Shown piece by piece: positions 21,730-32,000 of a DNA stretch of 32,000 nucleotides. The position numbers and the translations under genes were made by a program. The first letter of the stretch is position 1; every line of letters begins with the position of its first letter. The stretch is from the sequence record CM037205.1; one strand, written 5' to 3'. Below the pieces are notes generated by a model. It saw only the letters and a program-made list of their open reading frames with translations. It searched no databases and had not been told where the DNA came from.

Positions 21730-23259
21730 TTAGCGCGCCGCCAGGAAGGATTCCGTGTACTGCGCCACGAATCGGGTGAGGCGCGTCTCCAGATCGGGGG
21801 TCAGCACCTTCTCGCGCTGGAGATCGTCCAGCAGAGCCGAGTCGATCTGGGCCAGCAGACCCTGTTCGTAGGCGCCGATGCGATTCAAGGCCACGCGATC
21901 GAGATACCCGCGCGTGGCGCTGAAGAGCACGGCCACCATGGGGGCAACCTCCATGGGGCGATACTGGCCCTGCTTCAACACTTCCGTGAGGCGCGCCCCG
22001 CGGTTGAGCAGATGCTGGGTCGCGGCGTCCAGGTCAGAACCGAACTGCGCGAAGGCCGCCACTTCGCGGTACTGGGCCAGTTCCAGCTTCAAGGAGCCCG
22101 ACACCTGCTTCATGGCCTTGGGTTGGGCCGCAGAGCCGACGCGGCTCACGGACAGACCCACGTTGATGGCCGGGCGGATGCCCTTGTAGAAGAGCTCGGT
22201 CTCCAGAAAGATCTGGCCGTCGGTGATGGAAATCACGTTGGTCGGGATGTACGCGGACACGTCTCCCGCCTGCGTCTCAATCACGGGCAGAGCCGTGAGC
22301 GAACCTGCGCCGACTGCGTCGGACATCTTCGCGGCGCGCTCCAGGAGGCGCGAGTGCAGGTAGAACACGTCCCCGGGAAACGCTTCACGACCGGGTGGAC
22401 GACGGAGCAGCAGGGACATCTGACGATAGGCCACCGATTGCTTGCTCAAGTCGTCGTAGACGATCAAAGCGTGCATGCCGTTGTCGCGGAAGTACTCGCC
22501 CACGGCGCAACCCGCGTAGGGCGCGAGGAACTGCAGAGGGGCGGGGTCCGAAGCCGTCGCGGCCACCACCACGGTGTAGTCCATTGCGCCCGCATCGGTC
22601 AGTTGTTTCACCAACTGCGCGACGGTGGAGCGCTTCTGACCGATGGCCACGTACACGCAGTACAGTTTTTCCCGTTCCGCCCCACTGGTGTGAAAGGCTT
22701 TTTGGTTCAGAATGGTGTCGATGGCGATGGCCGTCTTGCCGGTCTGGCGGTCCCCGATGATGAGCTCGCGCTGGCCGCGACCGACGGGCACCAGGCTGTC
22801 CACGGCCTTGAGACCGGTCTGCATGGGTTCGTGCACGGATTTGCGCAGGATGATGCCGGGGGCCTTCACCTCCACGCGGCTGCGCGACACGTCTTGCAGC
22901 GGACCCTGGCCATCCAAGGGATTGCCCAGGGCGTCGATCACTCGGCCCAGGGTACCGCGTCCCACAGGCACATCCACAATAGCGCCCGTGCGCTTCACCA
23001 GGTCTCCCTCGCAGATGCTGCGGTCACTGCCGAAGAGCACGATGCCCACGTTGTCGTTTTCCAGGTTCAAGGCCATGCCCTGGACCCCACTGGCGAACTC
23101 CACCATCTCCCCCGCACGGATGCGGTGTAGACCGTGGGCGCGGACGATGCCGTCCCCGACGGACAGCACGCGTCCTACTTCCTCCACGTCTGCGGGGCCC
23201 CCGAGGGCCGCCAAACGCTGTTCCAACAGAGTGGACAGTTCTCCCGAAGCTAGGCTCAT
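21730..23259 (-). CDS. atp1: ATP synthase F1 subunit alpha
   Basis: 509 aa with a P-loop context ([18 protein letters not shown]) and full-length alpha-subunit similarity. ATG at 23259, TAA at 21730. Confidence 0.97.
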   Translation of the reverse strand: MSLASGELSTLLEQRLAALGGPADVEEVGRVLSVGDGIVRAHGLHRIRAGEMVEFASGVQGMALNLENDNVGIVLFGSDRSICEGDLVKRTGAIVDVPVGRGTLGRVIDALGNPLDGQGPLQDVSRSRVEVKAPGIILRKSVHEPMQTGLKAVDSLVPVGRGQRELIIGDRQTGKTAIAIDTILNQKAFHTSGAEREKLYCVYVAIGQKRSTVAQLVKQLTDAGAMDYTVVVAATASDPAPLQFLAPYAGCAVGEYFRDNGMHALIVYDDLSKQSVAYRQMSLLLRRPPGREAFPGDVFYLHSRLLERAAKMSDAVGAGSLTALPVIETQAGDVSAYIPTNVISITDGQIFLETELFYKGIRPAINVGLSVSRVGSAAQPKAMKQVSGSLKLELAQYREVAAFAQFGSDLDAATQHLLNRGARLTEVLKQGQYRPMEVAPMVAVLFSATRGYLDRVALNRIGAYEQGLLAQIDSALLDDLQREKVLTPDLETRLTRFVAQYTESFLAAR

Positions 23260-23347
23260 GGGATTCCTCGTTTTTTTCTCGAAGGCGCGCGCGCCCTTGG
23301 GTCAACCCCGGGTCCAAACCCCGGGGCGTTGGAGCTGCACCGCCAGC

Positions 23348-23953
23348 CTAAGGGGTCGGATCCGCGTCCGAGGCCTGAGGTCCACGCGGCGCGGGGAGGG
23401 CCCGCCCCTCCCAGGGCGTGCGAAAGGCGAAAGAACGGAACTCTTGGGAGAGCTCCACGGGTTCGTAGATCACGCGCTTCTGAGTCTCGTCGTAGCGCAC
23501 CTCCACGTACCCGCTCAAGGGAAAGTCCTTGCGCAGGGGGTGGCCCTGGAACCCGTAATCCGTGAGCAGGCGACGCAGGTCCGGGTGTCCCGTAAAGGGC
23601 ACACCGAAGAGGTCCCACACCTCGCGCTCCGCCCAGCCCGCGGCAGGGAAGAGGGCGGTGCAGGAGGGAACGGGCTGCACCTCATCCACGCAGGTTTTGA
23701 CGCACAAGCGCGCGTTGTGGCGCACGCTCAGCAGATGGTACACCACCTCGAAGCGCTGGGGACGAGCGGGGTAGTCCACCGCCGTCACGTCGATCAACTG
23801 TTGAAACCGCCCACGCCCGTGGTCCCGCAACCAGCGCAGCAGGGGGGGGATCGCCCAAGGGGGGGCGTAGAGCACCGCCCCCTCGGGCGTGCGGACGCAG
23901 CGCTGAAGCCAAGCTGGCACCGCCGCCTGCAAGCCGCTCAGAAAGCCCTCCAT
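23348..23953 (-). CDS. nad9: NADH dehydrogenase subunit 9 (30-kDa subunit)
   Basis: 201 aa with [74 protein letters not shown]. Confidence 0.95.
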   Translation of the reverse strand: MEGFLSGLQAAVPAWLQRCVRTPEGAVLYAPPWAIPPLLRWLRDHGRGRFQQLIDVTAVDYPARPQRFEVVYHLLSVRHNARLCVKTCVDEVQPVPSCTALFPAAGWAEREVWDLFGVPFTGHPDLRRLLTDYGFQGHPLRKDFPLSGYVEVRYDETQKRVIYEPVELSQEFRSFAFRTPWEGRALPAPRGPQASDADPTP

Positions 23954-24018
23954 GTGCCCTTCCTTCGTTCAGCGCGAGGACGCCCTGCCCAGCGGCAAGA
24001 TCGCCCTCCCGCGGTGCC

Positions 24019-24489
24019 TCAGCGGCGATACCACAGGGTGAGGGGACGGCTGCGGGCCATGCGCTTCTGCAGCTGCAGCAGTCCGTACAACAGCGCCTCC
24101 GCCGTTGGCGGACAGCCCGGCACGTAGATGTCCACGGGCACGATGCGATCGCACCCGCGCACCACGGCGTAGGAGTAGTGGTAGTACCCCCCTCCGTTGG
24201 CGCAACTGCCCATGGACACCACCCAGCGCGGTTCGGGCATCTGGTCGTACACCTTGCGCAGGGCCGGCGCCATCTTGTTGGTCAGGGTGCCCGCAACGAT
24301 CATCACATCGGATTGCCGCGGGCTGGGGCGAAAGATAATGCCAAATCGATCCAGATCGTAGCGCGCTGCGCCCGCGTGCATCATTTCTACCGCGCAGCAG
24401 GCCAGACCGAAGGTCATGGGCCAAAGGGAACCCTTGCGCGCCCAGTGCACCAAGCGGTCCAACTGGGAGACCGCGTACTCCGCCTTCAT
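24019..24489 (-). CDS. nad10: NADH dehydrogenase subunit 10 (PSST / 20-kDa / NuoB homologue)
   Basis: 156 aa from the ATG at 24489. [23 protein letters not shown]...[87 protein letters not shown] carries the NuoB cysteine motifs. The upstream 181 codons of the track ORF are Arg/Ala/Pro-rich filler. Confidence 0.93.
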   Translation of the reverse strand: MKAEYAVSQLDRLVHWARKGSLWPMTFGLACCAVEMMHAGAARYDLDRFGIIFRPSPRQSDVMIVAGTLTNKMAPALRKVYDQMPEPRWVVSMGSCANGGGYYHYSYAVVRGCDRIVPVDIYVPGCPPTAEALLYGLLQLQKRMARSRPLTLWYRR

Positions 24490-24678
24490 CGATGCGCACT
24501 TTTCTCTCGAAGCGCGGCGCGACCGCACCCGCCCCCCAGAAAGGCACCCTGGAATAGGGAGGCATCCGCAACCGCGTCGACGCGCGCCATTCCGGTTGCC
24601 CGTTCGGCGCGGTCGCCCGGTCGATCCGCTCCCTCCCCCTCCGGAGGCTCTCCGGGACCGCGAACAAAGGCCGCAGCC

Positions 24679-25242
24679 GTGCCCTCTTTGGCGAAACAAA
24701 TCCTCCTGGCGCGCACCCAGCGCACCCTGGCGCGCTACCCCCACTTCTTGGTGCTCCAGGGGCAGGTTGCGCGGACGGCGACCTGGCGTCAACTGCGCGA
24801 CGATGCCCAGGGCACGGCGGCTTGGTTGGGCGTGCACGCCGCCGCGCGGCGCGCCTTGCCCCCCGCGCTCCGCCCCCTGTGCCGCGGCCCCACGCTCTTC
24901 TGGGGCGCGCGCACCCCCGAAGCGCTGCGGGCCCTCTTGCCCCGCGCAGCGACCGTGCCGGGGTGGGTTCTGTTGGGCGCGCAGCTGGAGGGGCGCTGCC
25001 TGTCCCCCCGCGCTCTGGCGCGCGCGGTTCAAGCGCCGCCGCCTCCTTGGCGCAGGTTGCTGCGCCCCTCCCCCCTAGGACGAGCGGGGGAGGTGGGCAC
25101 GTCCATGCGTCGAGGGATTCGCGCTCCGGGCGCGCGCTTGGTGGACCGGTTGCAAGGGTACGGCAGAGGCGCGCCTCGCGGGCGAGCAACGGGATTTGAA
25201 CCCGTGTTTCCAGAGTCACAGTCTGGCACTTTGACCGACTAA
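24679..25242 (+). CDS. rpl10: probable ribosomal protein L10 (GTG start inferred; the 3' end runs antisense through trnH)
   Basis: In frame 1, (M)[43 protein letters not shown]...[20 protein letters not shown]...[20 protein letters not shown] aligns by eye with bacterial L10. The matching L10 segments are K..IV......, GLTV..(T)ELR, GPTL, and FEG..L....I..LA. GTG at 24679 follows ACAAAGGCCGCAGCC. The first in-frame stop is TAA at 25240-25242. Confidence 0.55.
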   Translation: MPSLAKQILLARTQRTLARYPHFLVLQGQVARTATWRQLRDDAQGTAAWLGVHAAARRALPPALRPLCRGPTLFWGARTPEALRALLPRAATVPGWVLLGAQLEGRCLSPRALARAVQAPPPPWRRLLRPSPLGRAGEVGTSMRRGIRAPGARLVDRLQGYGRGAPRGRATGFEPVFPESQSGTLTD

Positions 25243-25254
25243 GTTATGCCCGCC
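25181..25254 (-). tRNA. trnH: tRNA-His (GUG) with a genomically encoded G-1
   Basis: (G) GCGGGCA TA ACTT AGTCGGTCA AAGT G CCAGA CTGTGAC TCTGG AAAC ACGGG TTCAAAT CCCGT TGCTCGC C. G-1 can pair with the C73 discriminator. Confidence 0.87.
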
Positions 25255-25265
25255 TCGGGCAGTGG

Positions 25266-25336
25266 GGTCGGGTAGCATAGGGGCAATGCGCGGGATTGCA
25301 ACTCCCGCGAGGGCGGTTCGACTCCGCCCCCGACCT
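25266..25336 (+). tRNA. trnC: tRNA-Cys (GCA)
   Basis: GGTCGGG TA GCAT AGGGGCA ATGC G CGGGA TTGCAAC TCCCG CGAG GGCGG TTCGACT CCGCC CCCGACC T (U73 discriminator). Confidence 0.87.
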
Positions 25337-25355
25337 GGCCGCGGGCTTCCGAGGC

Positions 25356-25441
25356 TGGGAAAGGCAGGATTCGAACCTGCGAAGAACGGGACGTTCGTCA
25401 GATTTACAGTCTGGCGCCTTTGACCCCTCAGCCACTTTCCC
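25356..25441 (-). tRNA. trnY: tRNA-Tyr (GUA), class II (bacterial-type long variable arm)
   Basis: The acceptor pair is GGGAAAG/CTTTCCC with discriminator A. The anticodon loop is CTGTAAA. The variable arm is CGAACGTCCCGTTCTTC and the T arm is GCAGG TTCGAAT CCTGC. Confidence 0.85.
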
Positions 25442-25534
25442 TCTTTCAGGGGGTCCTGGATGGGGGGTTTCCCGGTGCTTTTGGGTCGCCTCGCGGCGCC
25501 CCTTCCCTCCACAACACACGGCGGGGACCCATAG

Positions 25535-27011
<1,477 letters not shown>

Positions 27012-27280
27012 CACGGCCTCGTGCCGATGAATGGAGAAGGATAATTCTGCGGGGCGCCCCGGGGAAGCCGCTGCCCCGGCTGCACGCCCCGAAGCAGCCA
27101 CTTGGCGCGCCGCACTCCCCCGGCTTGGCGCGCGGAAAGGCGCGGGGGTTGCCCCGGCTTTGCTCGCCCTAAATAGCGAGCGCGGGTCCCGGGTGCCCAC
27201 CCGAACCCCTCCGATCTCGATGGGTGCCCCCCCGGGTCGCCGTAGGTACTGCCGGTGGTGGGAGACGCGGCGCGCTCGCC

Positions 27281-27354
27281 GACGGAATAGTTCAGCCGGG
27301 TAGAACCGCGGAATCATACTCCGCAGGTCGTGGGTTCGAGTCCCGCTTCCGTCC
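27281..27354 (+). tRNA. tRNA with anticodon CAU (elongator Met, or Ile via a modified C34), copy B
   Basis: Same cloverleaf as copy A. It lies 269 nt downstream of rns and about 45 nt upstream of rnl. Confidence 0.85.
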
Positions 27355-27399
27355 GCCTTGGGAGAATGCCTAGGCCTCCCCCACACGAGGACGCGCACC

Positions 27400-30150
<2,751 letters not shown>

Positions 30151-30280
30151 ACCCCAAAGAGCTCGACAAGGGCCTTCGCCTTACAGGCTCGACAAGGGCC
30201 TGCGCCTTGCAGGCTTGCGTGGGCCTTCGCTCAGAGAGCTCGACAAGAGCCTGCGCCTTGCAGGCTTGAGTGGGCCTTCG

Positions 30281-30334
30281 CCTTACAGGCTCGACGAGGG
30301 CCTTCGCCTTACAGGCTCGACGAGGGCCTTCGCC
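30281..30334. repeat. tandem repeat, 26-nt unit CCTTACAGGCTCGACGAGGGCCTTCG x2, member of a dispersed GCTCGAC-N-GCC(T)TCGCC / GCCTGCGCC family
   Basis: Related copies begin at 30161, 30187 and 30238 upstream and at 30731, 30757 and 30782 downstream. The mirror in copy A is 3363-3416. Confidence 0.85.
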
Positions 30335-30349
30335 CAGAAGAGAAGCCTC

Positions 30350-30396
30350 GGGCGAATCGAAGTCGCCCCCATAGGGCGAATCGAAGTCGCCCCCAT
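30350..30396. repeat. tandem pair of the palindromic element GGGCGAATCGAAGTCGCCCCCAT (hairpin GGGCGA / TCGCCC)
   Basis: Copies at 30350-30372 and 30374-30396, with a third dispersed copy at 30971-30993. Mirrors in copy A are 3301-3347 and 2704-2726. Confidence 0.88.
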
Positions 30397-30536
30397 CCTG
30401 CCTTCCCCCCTTCCCCCTGGGTCGGGGAAAGCAGCTTCACTCCCTTCCCCCTGCAGCAAGGGAAGCTGCCCCACCCCAACCACCACCGCGTAAGGTATCC
30501 TTCCTCAAGTTGAACGGGAGGGGGCGTGCAGGGCGC

Positions 30537-30635
30537 GGGGGAAGGAGCAAGGAGGGAAGGGGGAGAGAGTGCAAGGGCCCCCCTCCCGGGCGTCCCTCGC
30601 ACTCTCTCTTCCTTCCTCCGCATTCCCTGCCCCCC
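30537..30635. repeat. 99-nt imperfect long hairpin (arms of about 41 nt, 16-nt loop)
   Basis: The left arm is GGGGGAAGGAGCAAGGAGGGAAGGGGGAGAGAGTGCAAGGG. The right arm is CCCTCGCACTCTCTCTTCCTTCCTCCGCATTCCCTGCCCCCC. The core GAGAGAGTGC/GCACTCTCTC pairs perfectly. The mirror in copy A is 3062-3160. Confidence 0.8.
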
Positions 30636-30716
30636 ACTAAAGGAAACTTTTTTGTCGAGGGGCTTTCCCTCGGGAGACTCCTTGGCGAGAGGGCTGCACC
30701 GGAAGGCTTGACTTCG

Positions 30717-30790
30717 CCTTCGCTCAAAGAGCTCGACAGGAGCCTTCGCTCAAAGAGCTCGACAGGAGCCTTCGCTCAAAGAGCTCGACA
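30717..30790. repeat. tandem repeat, 26-nt unit CCTTCGCTCAAAGAGCTCGACAGGAG x2.8
   Basis: Units at 30717, 30743 and 30769 (partial). The mirror in copy A is 2907-2980. Confidence 0.88.
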
Positions 30791-31062
30791 CTAGCCTGCG
30801 CCTTGCAGGCTTGAGTGGGCCTTCGCCCTGTGGGCTCGAATTGCCGTAGCCCACGCACAGGGCCCGTAGACGGGCCTTTGAGGGGGAAGGGATACGCGCC
30901 TACCGGAAGATCGGTTTCCCTGCCTTCTCGGCGCTTTCTTGGCCCTCTCCGGCGTTTTTTCGTTTCCTTAGGGCGAATCGAAGTCGCCCCCATCCTGGGG
31001 GCGAGGCTAAAGCTCGTCCTTCCTGGGGGCGAGGCTGGGGCTTGGGGGCGCCTCGCGGGGGA

Positions 31063-31138
31063 CTTCGGCTTCGGCTTCGGCTTCGCCTCGAGCACGCCTT
31101 CGGCTTCGGCTTCGGCTTCGCCTCGAGCACGCCTTCGG
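31063..31138. repeat. tandem repeat, 35-nt unit (CTTCGG)3CTTCGCCTCGAGCACGC x2.2, just upstream of cob
   Basis: Units at 31063-31097 and 31098-31132, with a partial unit following. The mirror in copy A is 2559-2634. It stays in frame with cob, which creates the spurious N-terminal extension in the track ORF. Confidence 0.88.
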
Positions 31139-31179
31139 GGGAGCCGAGGTCTTCCGACCCAAAAAAGAGCGGTCTCGCC

Positions 31180-32000
31180 GTGAAACGCGCCTCGCTGACG
31201 CAACAACCGCTGCTGTCCCTGGTGGGGGACCACCTCATTCAGTACCCCACGCCCGCCAACCTTTCCTACTGGTGGGGCTTCGGCTCCCTGGCGGGGTTGT
31301 GCTTGGTGCTGCAGATGGCCACGGGCATCTTCCTGGCCATGCACTACACCCCGCACGTGGACCTGGCCTTTCAGAGCGTGGAGCACCTCATGCGCGACGT
31401 GGAAGGCGGCTGGTTGCTGCGCTACCTCCACGCCAACGGCGCGAGCTTCTTCTTTATCGTGGTGTACCTGCACCTGTTCCGCGGCCTGTACTACGGCTCC
31501 TACGCCTCCCCCCGCGAAGCGCTGTGGCTGTTGGGGGTGGTGCTGCTGCTGCTCATGATCGTCACCGCCTTCATCGGCTACGTGCTGCCCTGGGGACAAA
31601 TGAGCTTCTGGGGCGCCACGGTGATCACCAGCTTGGCCAGTGCCGTGCCCTGGGCGGGCGAGAGCTTGGTGCAGTGGCTGTGGGGCGGGTTCGCCGTGGA
31701 AAACGCGACCCTGAACCGCTTCTTCAGTCTGCACTATCTGCTGCCCTTCCTGTTGGCCGCGGCCAGTGGCCTGCATTTGGCCGCCCTGCACCAACACGGC
31801 TCCAACAATCCCTTGGGCGTGCACGCCCAGGTGGACAAGGTGGATTTCTACCCCTACTTCTACGCCAAGGATCTGGTGGGGTGGGTGAGTTTCGCCCTGC
31901 TCCTGTCCGCGGTGCTCTTCTTCGCCCCCAACGCTTTGGGACACCCCGACAACTACATCCCGGCCAATCCCATGTCCACCCCGGCCCACATCGTGCCGGA
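31180..32000 (+). CDS. cob: apocytochrome b, copy B (5' part only; truncated by the window end)
   Basis: Mirror of 1697-2517. GTG at 31180 gives (M)[38 protein letters not shown]... and reads through to PAHIVP at the window edge. Confidence 0.93.
   Translation, partial: MKRASLTQQPLLSLVGDHLIQYPTPANLSYWWGFGSLAGLCLVLQMATGIFLAMHYTPHVDLAFQSVEHLMRDVEGGWLLRYLHANGASFFFIVVYLHLFRGLYYGSYASPREALWLLGVVLLLLMIVTAFIGYVLPWGQMSFWGATVITSLASAVPWAGESLVQWLWGGFAVENATLNRFFSLHYLLPFLLAAASGLHLAALHQHGSNNPLGVHAQVDKVDFYPYFYAKDLVGWVSFALLLSAVLFFAPNALGHPDNYIPANPMSTPAHIVP

Noticed and set aside
24490-25032. 181-codon N-terminal extension of nad10, and the 416-aa ORF at 23969..25219
   Set aside because: The upstream part is Arg/Ala/Gly/Pro filler. 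NuoB similarity starts right after the ATG at 24489. The opposite-strand rpl10-like frame explains the conserved signal in this interval better.
30600-30700. Possible 5S rRNA: CATTCCCTGCC ... TCGGGAGAC ... GCGAGAGGG, with spacing reminiscent of plant mitochondrial and bacterial 5S
   Set aside because: I could not build helix I or a loop E/helix IV arrangement. The only terminal pairing found (GTGCAG at 30526 with CTGCAC at 30694) spans 174 nt and encloses the 99-nt hairpin. The segment CGAGGG-GCTTT-CCCTCG folds as an independent hairpin instead. I treat it as a chance resemblance until a covariance-model search says otherwise.

Overview
The window is a very GC-rich, gene-dense mitochondrial genome segment of the ancestral, bacterial-like type seen in prasinophyte-grade green algae and other gene-rich protist mtDNAs. 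I cannot name the species from sequence alone. It uses the standard genetic code: TGA, TAA and TAG all terminate conserved genes. A large inverted repeat appears identical in every region I compared. Copy A is 1697..8175 and copy B is 25522..32000, with mirror rule x+y=33697, and the outer end is cut by the window. Each copy carries rns, a tRNA(CAU), rnl, a 1-kb repeat-filled spacer and cob. The 17.3-kb single-copy region between the copies encodes cox1, atp4, atp8, nad4L, rps4, tatC, atp9, nad7, nad3, atp1, nad9, nad10, a probable rpl10 and 18 tRNAs. It also holds an 11-gene ribosomal-protein cluster in bacterial S10-spc-alpha order. Outside copy A lie rps12, rps7 and the 3' end of nad1. I found no defence system, CRISPR array, transposase or intron. 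The observations worth a second look are these:
- The inverted repeat gives the two rns copies different upstream contexts.
- Shine-Dalgarno-like AAGGAG motifs precede most genes and match the rns 3' tail.
- GTG starts are widespread.
- tatC has no usable start codon.
- An rpl10-like ORF runs antisense through trnH.
- nad10 is retained in the mtDNA.
- Families of GC-rich palindromic and tandem repeats have entered spacers, an rnl variable region and the 3' end of cob.
The many long antisense ORFs in the track are artefacts of the GC content.
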